From positions 56,980,001 to 57,044,000 of the forward strand of contig NC_086097.1 of the NCBI RefSeq assembly GCF_963921235.1: a stretch of 64,000 nucleotides of DNA, written 5' to 3'. The position numbers were made by a program, and so were the translations under genes. The notes beneath the pieces were generated by a model, which saw only the letters and a list, made by a program, of their open reading frames with translations, had not been told where the DNA came from and ran no database searches. Below, in pieces: positions 12,001-25,000 of the stretch (position 1 is the stretch's first letter; every line of letters starts with the position of its first letter). This stretch comes from Mobula hypostoma (lineage: Eukaryota).

Positions 12001-15000
12001 TATTGGATATTTATATCCTGGGGAAATGATCATGACAGTCTATGATGCTTCTCATGATTTAAAGTAAATATCAGGTCTTCCCTCTGACTCTGACACTCTC
12101 GTGAGAACAATTCGAGACAGTCCAAACTTTTCTTGTAGCTTATACCCTCTAATCCAGGCAGCATCCTGGTAAACTTCTTATGCACCCTTTTCACAGTCTT
12201 CACATGGTTCCTAAAATGGGGTGACCAGAATTATATGCAATCCTCCAAGTGTGGTCTGGCTGAAGTTTTATATAGCTGTGGCATTATACCTGTACTCTTG
12301 TACTCAACACCCCAGCCAACAAAGGCAAGCATGCCATATGCCTTGTTTACCTGCCTATCTATTTACATCCCCAGTTTTACTGAACTATGGATCTAGACCC
12401 CAAAGATTGCTCTGTACATCAATGCTATTAAAGGGCCTACCATTAACTTATACTTTCTCCTTTCATTTGATGTCCCAAAGTGCAACACCTCACGCTTGTC
12501 TGGATTTTAAAATTGGGAGCTCTAATTGAAATTTGCAGGTAGCAGTAGGATTCATATTCTGGGGGCGGGGGGCATAAGGTAAAGATTATTCTAAGTCTAA
12601 TAATAATGCTGAACGCCTTTAATTATACTTTGCAACTTTGGTGCAGGGCATAGGTAGCAGAGTAAAGTAGCAGGGTAGAAGATTGGCTGACTGGTAGGAG
12701 GCAAAGAGTGGGAACAAAGAGTGCCCTTCCTGGTGGGCTGCCAGTGATTAGTGGTGTTCCGCTTGATTCAGTGTTAGGACCATTTCTTTTCACATTATAT
12801 GTCAATGATTTGGATGACGAAATTGATGGCTTTGTGGCCAAGCTTGTGGACGTTACGAAGATAGACAAAGGTGCAGGTAGTGTTGAGGAAGCAGAAAGTC
12901 TGCAGAAGGACTTAGAAGTGGTGAATGGAATATGGTGTAGGGAAGTGTATGGTCATGCACTTTGGTGGAAGGAAAAAAGGCACAGATTTTTCTAAATGGC
13001 AATTTTTGATTTTCAAAAATCAGAGATGCAAAGAGATGTGGATGTCCTCATGCAGGATTCCCTTAAGGTTAACTTGCAGGTTAGCATTCCTTTCAAAGAA
13101 TAGAAAAGCAAGGATGTAATGCTGAGGCTTTGTAAGGCATTGGTCTGACAGCACTTGGGGTATTGCGAGCAGTTTTGGGTCCCTTATGTAAGAAAAGATG
13201 TGCTGGCATTGGAGAGGGTACAGAGGAGGTTCATGAGAATGATTCCGAGAATGAGAGTTAATGCATGAGCGTTTAATGGCTCTGGACCTGTACTCGCTGG
13301 AGTTTAGGAGAAAGAAGGGGAGTCTCATTGAAACCTATCAAATATTGCAAGGCTGAGATAGGGTGGATGTGTTGAGGGTGTTTTCTGTAGTGGGGGTGTG
13401 TAGGAGCAGATGGCACAGCCTCAGAATAGAACAGTGTACATTTAGAACAGGGATGAGGAGTAATTTCTTCACCAAGAAGGTGGGGAATCTGGAATTCATT
13501 GTCACAGATGTCTGTGGAGGCCAAGTCATTGGGTGTATTTAAAGCAGAGGTTGATAAGTTCTTAATTAGTAAGTGCATTGAAGATTGTTGAGAGAAGGCA
13601 GGAGAATGGGTTTGAAAGGGGTAATAAATCTGCCATGATGGAGTTGCGGAGCAGACTGGAGTTGCTGAATGGCCTAATTCTGCTCCTGTGTCTAATGGTC
13701 TTATGATCTAAATAGTTAAATTTGCACAGAAATGTTAGAGATATTATTTATTCATTTTCCAGAGAAGTAAAATGAATTCATGTTTTGTTTCCACTGAAGT
13801 CCACTATGCACTTGATCTAAACTTTTCCAAAGTTTATTTGCTTATGCATTGTCACCAAATGCATGTCTTTTAATCCAGCATGAATTGAAGGAACAAGTTA
13901 AACATGTTTGTTGTAGCCATGGCATATATTCTGAATTTAATTAATGATAATTCAAATAACCAGTTCCCCTTTTTTGCCCCGTCTTTGCACCTGTATCTGC
14001 TTTATAGTTTTTTAAAAATATGTATGTATCCAATCTCAAATCATCCATGATAGCACCGTGACACCGTTTGTGCTATTGGTTGTTCCTTGAAATCTTTTTT
14101 ACCTTTTGGTGTCAATTTCAATCTGCTCTCATTTCTGATGAATTTTGATGAAAGGTCATTGAAGTGATACAGAAACTGTCCCATGAGACTAAAGTGTTCT
14201 TACAGTAAACTGTAATCAGTTCTCAACAGGAAATTGAGATATATTAGGTAGATACTTCCTTTGACAATAGGGTTCTAAAATCCTAGGCTGACCATATAGT
14301 AGTTATCTGTTCTGTATTATGCTATCATTAGGTATAATATTAGAGTTATGTGTTCAAATAGTTACTGCTTTTCACTGCTGCATGTTCCATAAATTTGAGT
14401 GGCTGTACAACACCTAGAAATAGATAACTGCTTTTAAGTTCATTATGCAGTGTGGCATTGAAAATATAGAAGGGTAAATTTATAGCACTAGCAGTTCACT
14501 GTGATATAATATTACAATATGAATGGGATAATTATATAAATTTCAATATGAGTTCAAGTTTCCATTGGCTTCATTAAACATATTTGTTGCCTTCAATTTG
14601 GAAATCTGCACTTTATTAACACCAATCAATGTATTCTTTGTTATCGCTAGTTCTGTTATGAAGACATTTGAGTGCATTTTAAATACATTGCATACATAGT
14701 ATGAATAGATTTATGTCTTAATATATTGCTGAAGCCACTTTTCTTTATAATTCCTCATACATAACATTTTTCATCGTGCTTTCAAAATAGTGCTGTCGTA
14801 CTGCATTCCAGAAGTACTTTTGGCAAGATTTAAAAGCTTGATGAGACAGTTAGTGTCAAGGTATTTCCTCCAGATGAATAAACTTGTTAACAAATGCCAT
14901 TTTGCACTTTTAAGCCACATGGTAACTGCGACATTGTTCTGGACCTTTGTTGTTTATGCTGACACTTTCTAGGAACTAAATGGGGATTCTTGACTTTTAA

Positions 15001-18000
15001 CTGATATATAGAGGTAGTAGGTGAAATAATGTTTACTTTGAAATCCACATCAAAGTTGCTGGTGAACGCAGCAGGCCAGGCAGCATCTCTAAGGAAGAGG
15101 TACAGTTGACGTTTCAGGCCGAGACCCTTCGTCAGGCTGCCTGGCCTGCAGCGTTCACCAGCAACTTGGATGTGTGTTGCTTGAATTTCCAGCATCTGCA
15201 GAATTCCTCGTGTTTACTTTGAAATCCAGTTGGTTAGTTTGGTTTACATCAAAAAAACTTTGAATCTTCTAAATGGGAGAACGTGCGTGTGAATAACAAC
15301 TCTGCAGACATGTCATTGTGTGGTTAGTGTGTAAATTTAAGGAATTATTTCCAGTTGGTTTTATCCCCACTCAACTTGGGCTTAGAACTAAAAGTAGGCA
15401 TTCATTGACCAGTGACCTTTGCCTTCTAAAAGCTGGGAGGTGGGACTTGCATTCTGGGGGGAAAAAAACCTTTATCATGATTTTCCATAATACAAAATCC
15501 TGTCATCCGCACATTTCTAAAGAAATTGGAATTGAAGAAAAGTCTACTTAATCACTTGTACCACGTAAATTCCACAAGTGCAAATTTTATTGTGTATCTG
15601 TAAAATTTGGGTAGTGATTTGTGAATTTGAATTTGTCTGCACTGAAACCTTAATGGGTTGAGCATGGTGTGGAGTTTTCTAAATTTTGCTTTTTTAAAAT
15701 CTATTTTCTGATTCTTGGCATCTCTGGAAAGCATAACATTTATTGCACATTCCTTATTGCCCATGAGGTGGTGAAGGGCTCCACCTTCTAAAGTTGTTAA
15801 AATCCTGCTAGTGACAATGTTGTTGTTATGCTGATGAGTATCTACTCGCAGGGTGTGGACTCGACATTGATAATGATTGGCAATGTTTTGTCCATGTACC
15901 TACTGCCCATGTCCTCAAGAAAAATGGTGATTGCCTTTGATAGCACATTGGATGATCACTTGGCTGATTGAGAGTAGACTAATTAGGAAGTTAATAACCT
16001 GTGGGTCCTGCCCATAGTGAACTGAACATACCAAGAAACCTTTCCACATTTTAGAGACAAGTGATGAAATGGAACATGTTGTTGAGAAGCATAGCTGATT
16101 CTGGACTTGGGTCTTTAGTATTAAAGCTGTGAAGTTGTCTGGTCTCGGCCTTTACTCCACAGACGTTGTTTTACTAAGTTGTATTTGAAAACATCCAGTT
16201 CATGGACTTATTTTTAAATGTTATGATACTTTAATGTTTCTTCATCATTTCTAAATATCTCTGATCACAGAAATTTATAATTAATGAAAAATGCCTTTTC
16301 TCAGCAGGCCATTGTGATGGCTATTGGTAAGAGTTATAATTTTCATTAATTGCAATAGGAATAAGAAAATTGAGTTAGAAAGAGCAGATATGTTGATATT
16401 AAGATGCAAGTCATGGCAGTAAGATATGGAGAGCAAGCTGTGGCCCATGCAGCAGGCTTCCCCTTTAAGCGTAGCAGATGATGAATCCAAAAGGATGGCA
16501 GAATCTGGCATGACAGGAGTTGCAGGTTGGCATTGAACTCAACATAGGATTGTCTTAGAGACTCCAGCTCAGTCCTGCTGAAGGATTTCAACCCGAAACA
16601 TCAACCGTACTCTTTTCCGTAGCTGCTGCCTGGCCTGCTGAGTTCCTCCAGCATTTTCTGTGTGTCGCTGGATTTTTCCTTAGGGTTTACTCTCGAAGCC
16701 TTCTCTATGAATGGGTACAATCGTAAGGCAGCAGAGGTTTGAGATCAGAGATTTCCCTCTCCTAGATGAGCTGCCAACTGCAGCTGACAAGCCCCATCTG
16801 CCTGAAGTGACTGGTTTTAAGTGCCTTTAACATGCCTTTTGTACCTTCTCCTGTCAGTAGAAACAATTCCACCAGGCTTAGTAACGAAGCCCACACATGA
16901 AGGCCAGAAGCTGGACTTGGTTGTCAGAGGCTTTTTGAGATGCATACCATTGGGAGCATTTAATGTAGTAGGAGTTTATCCCCATTACCTTCCCTGGCTA
17001 TAACAACCGTAAGGAACCAACTATGTCAAAGTTAAAGATGAGGTGGTTGAGATGCTGGGTAGGATAATCAGAATTACTAGATTGTCTGGCAGTACTCTTC
17101 TCCAGATCTGAAGGGGATAGATTGTAGTTTGCTTGGGAACGTGGAGACTGAAATTCTGGAGGCACTGGCTACAGATTCTAATTAGAGCTGGAGAAAGGGA
17201 AAGTAGCAGACCATGGGGAATTGCAAGTACACTGTGTTCTGGTTAACTCTGTGCCATTAGTTAATCAGGGCAGTTACTTATTTGGGACAATTCTTAAAGA
17301 ACAAGAACTAATGAAGAAATTAGCCATGATTCACTTTGTTTATTTGAGACACTATGCCACTTAATTGGGACAAGTGACCATTGTGAGCATTTTCTAACTA
17401 GTGGCAGTAACCTGCACTTGAGTGGCTATTAGACAATTCACAGTGCTTAAAGTAACAGTTTTTAAATGGCATCTGTTGCATGTGTTTGTGTTCAAAAGCA
17501 GTGATTCTTTGTCACTGATAGTCAGCGAGAAATAAGTAGTAAGAATTGTTTTGCTCATAGCGGTTTCAAGCATTCAGGCTTAGAGATGTGAGAAACAGCT
17601 AGAAGTGAGATTGTTTCATTTTCACTACTTCAAGTTAAGAACTACAAAGAATTTGAAAGTATCGGCAGTCATTTCGATTGTTACAATGAAAATGAAGATT
17701 TAGAGGATTCAGTTGTGAAAAGCATTGTATGAAGACAGTCCATAATCTACATTAGGTATCTGCACTGATTTTGTTCACTTACAGTTAATGAAAAGAACAT
17801 GGTAACGTAGACTGGATTAATTCCTCTGTCAATAACTGTTAGGAACTAATACAGGTTGAGCACCCCTTGGCACCCCTTGTCCGAAATGCTTGGAGCAGGA
17901 AGTGTTTTGGATTTCAATTTATTTGTTTATTTTGGAATATTTGTATCTCTATAATAAGTTATCTTTGGGATGGGACCCAGGTCTAAACATGAAATCCATG

Positions 18001-21000
18001 TATATTACACACATAGCTTACACATACAGTACCCTCAAGGTAGTTTTATACAATTTTAATAATTTTGTGCATGAACCATTAGAAAGATAAACTATCACAA
18101 CCTCGGCCGCCCTGGTGGGCAATCAGTGGCTGTTTGGCATCACCATCATTCCCGACTCTGAATTTATGTGCTATCAGTAAGCAGTCTTTGTCGTACACTT
18201 GGTCATCACACATGTACGGATGCAGCCATGTAGCATGTTATATTTTCGTTGATGATGATCTTAGCAAATTCACCAATGGATTTCTTGCTGCTTTGTGATC
18301 AGCAGATGCTTTATCACCATGGATCTTTAAAAAATTTAATATGGTGCCTTTTCTTATTTCTTCAATCATCCTGCTGAATATTCACACTTACCTCCAATTT
18401 TCAGTTAGTCGTGATCCATCTTTGCTTGTTTCAGGATCAGCGTACCATTAAGCAGCATATGTTCACACCAACGCTGACAAATCCACTATTTCAATATACA
18501 ATCAAGGTCTTATCTTTTCACCTTAAGCAGTGTTTTCTATTTTTCAATAACTTCTTTTCGTTACTTTTGTGAAGTCACTTCTCCGAACTCTCTGTGTTGT
18601 GTCTCTGTGTATCGCCTGGGAACCTTCCCAATGCTTGTGAAGTCTTCCAGTTGTGATGTCATGTTAGTGCTCAAAAAAAATTCAGTTTTCAGATTTTGTA
18701 ATGTCAGATAAGGTGTTCTCAATCTGTACTGGTAGTGTTCTGACTTATTCTGTATTTCATTTAAATACATGATCTGTGAACAGCTTGCTCTCCAAATCAT
18801 ACTGCCCTGGCTTGCATTTTACGTAGGCATCTGGGACGCAACATCCATGGTCGATCCTGACCAACAGACTGCCTCAGTAGAATATGATACTCAGTTAAAG
18901 TTTTTCTTTTCTATACCATTTTAACTATTTCCATGAAATTTTGAGTAATTGGGACAGCTGTTTATTTGGGCTAAAATACACTGGTCCCAATGTGTCCCAG
19001 TTAACTGGAATCCAATGTATTGAGTACTTCATCAAAAAGGATGTAAGGATAAACAACTGGAGATGCTCAGGCATCCTGCAAGAAATAATTATTTGGCAAA
19101 AAAAGTAGATAAGTATGTATTGAAAAGGAATGATGAAGGTAATGATTAACTAAATTGAAATTTGTTTTTTTGATGAATCAAGATGATTGATGTCTCATAA
19201 TAATTTGGTCAGTAAATTGATATTAGCACTGTCGAAGAGCAGTGGCAAAATGGGCAAGTTTGTTTTAGGGCAGGAAATACAGTGCAGTTGTCATCTGCAT
19301 GTTATTAGTCTGGAGGAAAATATAAAGTGGTGTTCCATTGAGTCCTGGGTTAACTTTTTTTGGTGTACAGGGTATCCCAGGTAATGCAAGGGAGCCATTC
19401 CTAAATTTTCTGTAAGTCAGAAACTAACAATTTTCCCTAAAAACATGATGTGAAATCTTTAGCGTTGGCAGCTCTTGGGGACTGATTTGCAAAGAGTTGA
19501 CTGAGGGAAGTCAATATAGGTGATAGGAATTGTGACCAGCAGGTGAAATGTGACAGATGTTTGTCTGACTATAGCCTTGGTGGACTGATCGAGGAGAGAG
19601 GGGGTAGGGTTTGGAGCTGATCTGCTGAGCAGTGAGAAAACCGTTGGCATTTTAATGATGGTATGCAATAATAAGAAATGGTCCATGGTTCTTAACGTTT
19701 GATCTTACCTGAAGGAGAGTTTGGAAAAGGCACTGGCTTTTTCAGTGGGTGATCTCTGCATTGCTTCTCAGTGAAGAGTTTCAAGTACTATTTCAGTGAC
19801 AATATAATTCTCTGAATGGTGTTCTTGGACTGTTTTGTCAAAAATTGAGCTGTACTGTTTAATGTGTATAAATGTGTAACATACATAAAGCAGAAAGATT
19901 TAAGTCCTGTATTCTTCACTTATGTTGTTTACAACAACAAAAATGCCAATATAACTATTTTAGATTGGTACATGATACTATTCTTGAATTATCACATAAT
20001 TTAGAGGAAATTTACGTTAATTTTTTCGATTGATGATAGCAGGAGTTGCAGCTAATCTGTTCTGATATGCAACAAATGCATATCAGGGTATAAATTTGTA
20101 GGTTATTTTTGATTCGGTGAATCTTCTTCCTTTAGTGTTTGATGATGGTGATGAGAGGACACTTCGACGAACATCTTTATGCTTAAAGGGAGAGAGACAT
20201 TTTGCTGAGAGTGAGGTGAGATATTGCTTTCTAGTTGATGCCATGTGTTAATCTTTATAATTCAGAGCAATAATTTTAATACTTGGTTTTAGACCCTTGA
20301 CCAGTTACCACTTACAAACCCGGAGCACTTTGGCACACCTGTAATTGGAAAGAAAACAAATAGAGGAAGGAGATCATCGTCTGCTCCTGCGTAAGTACAA
20401 TTTTACTAATCAGTAATGTCTTGTTTTGTACCTCTGCAACATGAAGTAATTAAAGATAAAAGTGTTATAGGAAATGTGCTGCAGGAAATGTTAACGAAGA
20501 TGTATTTAAACTGAGCAGTGATGATAAGAGTGATGTTGATGAACAGTTAGTTTTATAAGATATTCAAAGCAGTTTGGAAGTTTTAGTGGCCTCTATAAAT
20601 ATGCTTGTGCTTTTGCCAATTATTTCTATCATTTCAAAGGTTCATTTAATCATCAAAGTATTTAGCGTACATACAACCCTGAGATTTATCTTCTCCAGAT
20701 AGCCATAAAATAAAGAAAATCCATGGAAGTTGTTGAGGAACCCCTCCCTGCACAAAAATGTAAAAGAAACAAAACTTGCAAACCTAAAAACCCTCCCCAG
20801 TCACTCCCTCGCACAAAAACTAACAGATCTCTCACCCAGACAGGGCAACTAAAACATCAAACCCCTAACCCCAAGCTCTTTCCGCGCAAAAAAAAGTGAC
20901 AATAACATCAAATACCCAACCCCTCCCTTACCCAAAAAAGTAATATATTGCCCACCCGCTAATCGGCAGCAAGAAAGAAAACATAGAAAAACTGAAGGAG

Positions 21001-22012
21001 ACCAATATAAACTACAATCCACATATGTCTCAGAATTTCAAAAACATCCTCTGTCAGCGTTGAGAAGAGCAACAGCTCGAACCAATCCTTCCATGGGGCC
21101 TCCATGCACCGAGACACAGCCTCCCGTGGGAAGTGACCCCCAGCTCGACATGACCTCTCAACCCCCAGCGTGACCCGGCCTCTTCCGCATTTGCCTGGAT
21201 GTTTCAATTTTTTTCAATGCTTCGATCAGCGAGAAATGGAGTCAAACATGGTCCTGCATCTCACCTCTGGTCTCCTGTTTGGGACAGCTCATGCTCATGG
21301 TCCTCTCTTGGAAATCTTTTAGGGATAGCAGAGTGCTAGATCACTCGATTGAACTCCAAACTTCAAGTCACAGGCTCCAGCAGTTTTGAAACATAACTAA
21401 GATTAAAATGTGTAAGTAAAAGGCGTAGAAAATGTGAAATAATTGACTCTGTGGTAGATGCCGCCTGAGGAATTGTTGTTTGTTGGCGCCATCTCCACCA
21501 GATTTCTGCCATAGAATGTATTTGAAGGAAATGGCAGCAAGGTATTTAGAAATCAGTAATAATATTGGTGGAGTCAACATGGATTTATCAAAGAGAAATC
21601 ATGTTTAACAATCCTTACTTTTCCAAAGTAGTTACTAGTGGAATAGATCAGGGAGTATCGGGGGTGTGATACATACGTGGATGATGCAGTAGTGTGGACA
21701 GTGGATTTGTTAACTGACAGAAAACAGTTGGGGGGGAAAAACAAGTATTCTTGGGCTGGGGACTCTGATAGTAGGGTGCACTGTAGATCAATTCTGCGTC
21801 CCTACTGGTTCCTATCAATTGCAATAATTCAGATGAGTAATGATTCAACTGTAATATTCGAAGAAGCAAATGGTACAAAGCAAGGTGGTATAATGAGATT
21901 GCTGACAGCTTTGTTAAAGGGATATAGACAAGTTAAATCAGTTGGTGAAAACATGGCAGCTGCAATATAATGTGGGAAGACAAGAAATTGTTGACTTTTG
22001 AAGAAAGCAGTT

Positions 22013-22043
<31 letters not shown>

Positions 22044-25000
22044 ATATATATATATTGAGAAACTGATTGTGTCCTTGCATGTAAATCACAAAGTTGATGT
22101 GTGGTTACAGCAAGCAGTTAGGATGACCATTGGTATGTTGACTTCTTTTTTGACAAAGATCTGAATACAAAAGTCGAGAAAATGCTTGTATGTTGGAACC
22201 TAGGGGGCTGCCCTAGGAATATTGTGTCAGGGCCTGGTCTCCTTACCTATGGAAGATTATATTTGTAACAAAATAAATACATCAAAGATTCACCAAATTG
22301 ATTCTTGGAATTAGTAGAGTGGAGAGAAGTGTTGAATGGTGGAGCAGACTTGAGGGTCTGAAAGTCCTTTCCTGCTTCTAGTTCTTGAGTATGTGTCGCA
22401 CTTGGTATGAGCAAGCACTTGCCATTTGCACCAAGTGAGTTACTTTTCTTTCATTCTACAAGGCTGATTTCACTGGCGAAGATGGTTCTGAAATGAGTGA
22501 GCTAGAATAAGTTGGATAGGCAAAATTGTTTTGCAAGCCTTTATCAGTTTGCAAAGTTTGTCTCCCATCTTTGATATTTTTCAAAGCTGTTAATGGAGAA
22601 ACAAAATGTAGATTGGGATAACTGCTTTCCAGAACACCTGCATTGAGTATGTCAGATGACCCTGTTTCTTGTTACTTACCATTCTAATTCTCCTTTAACT
22701 TTCCACCATGGCCTATTGTATTGTTGCAGTGAGGCCTAACACAAGCTTGAGGAATAGTACTATCTTCGATTGGGCACGTTGCAGCCTTTCAGATCCAGTA
22801 TCGAGATCGAGTTTTGTAACTTTAGATAAAACTCATATTCTTCTGCCTTTGACTGTTTTCCTCCTTTCCATTAGCATAATGTGACCTGCTGAGCATGTTA
22901 GAGAGTCCTACACTGCACATTTTCCTTTGTTATCATACTCAATGGTGCCATTAATGTATTGACCTCTATGTACTGCCTTGCCCAATCACAGTAATCTCCT
23001 TTGCCTTATTATTCTTTCCTCCACCTCTGCAACTGAAGAATACTCAGCATGAGGCATTAAATCTGTTTGATTTCTCGCAAATGTTGCAAAGTTTTGCAAT
23101 GTTTTCCGTCTTCTGTTTTTTGATGTATTCAGACACTTTGAAAATCGTTAAAAATTTAAAAATAATTTCCAAAATTTTAAGAAATGAAAAAAACACTTGA
23201 AATATATTGTAAAAATTAGAGGAAAAAGAAATACAGGTCGACCTTCACTAATTCGACTACCTGTAATCCGGTTCCTTCGATAATCTGGCACTGATTATGC
23301 TTAGTGTGATCCTTCCGTAATTCGGCATTTTCACTAATCCGGCACTCCTCAGGTCCCAATGGTGCCGGATTAGTGAAGGTTGACAATATAATGGAAAATT
23401 ATAACTTGTCTAATTTTGCCATTTCTTTCCTGAATCTTTAGAATTCAGAAAGTCTGAATCTGTGAGCATTTTGATTAGTGTTAATGTTGCGAAGTCTAGT
23501 GCTCAAAAGTAGGTGAATGGGCAAAGAAGTGACAGATGGAATACTGTGTAAGGAAATGTATGGTCATGCACTTTGATAGAAAGAGTAAAAGCATCGACTG
23601 TTTTCTATACAGGGAGTGAATTCAGAAGTCAGAAGGGCAAAGGGACAAGGGTGTCTTAGTACAGAATTCCCTAAAGCTTAACTTGCAGGTTGAGTTGGTG
23701 GTAAGGAAGGCAAATGCAATGTCAGCATTCATTTTGAGAGGACTGAAATGTAAAAAATAAGAATGTAGAAAAGAAACTTTATAAGGCATTGGTCAGACCA
23801 CATTTGAAATATTGTGACCAGCTTTGGGCTTTGTATCTAAGAAAGGGTGTGTTGACATTGCAGAGGTTCCAGAGGAAGTTCACAGGAATGATCCTGGAAA
23901 TGAAAGTGTTAACATATGAGGAGTGTTTGGTGATTTCTGGCCTGTACTCACTGTAGTTTAGAAGAATGTGGGGGGGCGGTGCGGGGAGTGAATCTCATTG
24001 AAACCTACTAATATTAAAGGGTCTGGATAGAGTGGACATGAAGTGGATGTTTCTGATAGTGGGAGAGAATAGAACCAGAGGGTCATGGCCTCAGAATAGA
24101 AGGATGTCCTTTCGCCCCTTTAGAACAGAGATGGGGAGGAATTTCTTTAGCACGCAGGTAGTGAATCTGTGGAATCATTACCACAATGGGTTGTGGAGGC
24201 CAAAGCAGAGATTGATAGTTCCTTGATGAGTAAGGGTGTCAAAGGTCATGGGAGAGAAGGCTAGGAAAATGGGTTTGAGATGCATAATAAATCAGAAATA
24301 ATCAAATTGTGGAGCAGACTCAATGGCCAAATAGTGTAATTCTCCTATGTCATATGGTCCTAAAGTAGTCAAGAATCCTGGGATAATTGACCTTTAAATT
24401 CAGGTTAAGTGCATTTGACAATACTGCTGCCTCCAGATCAGAATGACATCAGTTCAATTTTATTCTTGGGGTTAAATGTGTAATCTAAGTTAACAGTAAA
24501 ATTCATGCCGAATGAGGGAGATAAAATCTTGAGTGCGAGGTAGCAGTCAGCCCTTCAAGTGGACATAGAAGAAAGAACTGCAAATGCATTCTCCCAGTGT
24601 CACATTCAACCACTGTCATTTAAGAGTACTATTGAATTTACTGATGATAAAATGACTAATCTTCATTTTATTTCTGTATGAAATATTGTTTAAATTGCTT
24701 AAACTTGTCTTGAAATTTATTTTATTTAAGTTTATTCATTTATGGAATGGCCAGTATTTATTGCCCATCCCTAGTTGCCCTTGAGAAGGTGGTGGTGAGC
24801 TGCCTTGAACCGCTGTAGTCCCTGAGGTGTAGGTACACCCACAGTGCTGTTAGGAAGGGAATTCCATGATTTTAACACAGCGACAATGAAGGAATGGTGA
24901 TATGTTTCCAAGTCAGGATGGAGGATGACTTGGAGGGGGATTTACAAATGGTGGTGTTCCCAGGTATCTGCTGTTCTCATCCTTCTATTTGGTAGTGGTC

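Larger units (their letters stand above)
17230..19017 (+). mobile_element. Tigger/pogo element (same family as 2409-3150) hosting two nested insertions
   Basis: Ends cccagttaactggaatccaatg-TA; reverse-complement match to 2409-3150 on both sides of the nested inserts. Confidence 0.75.

Noticed and set aside
14135..14185. CTGATGA hammerhead-like core
   Set aside because: No properly placed stem II, GAAA or cleavage triplet; at most a heavily decayed Penelope tail.
19367..19912. Possible additional old Tigger element (TA-caggg ... cctg-TA)
   Set aside because: TIR similarity is only a few bases and there is no convincing transposase remnant.
20720..20945. CRISPR-like repeat-spacer array
   Set aside because: Degenerate low-complexity C/A repeats inside a retroelement in a vertebrate intron; no identical repeats and no cas genes.
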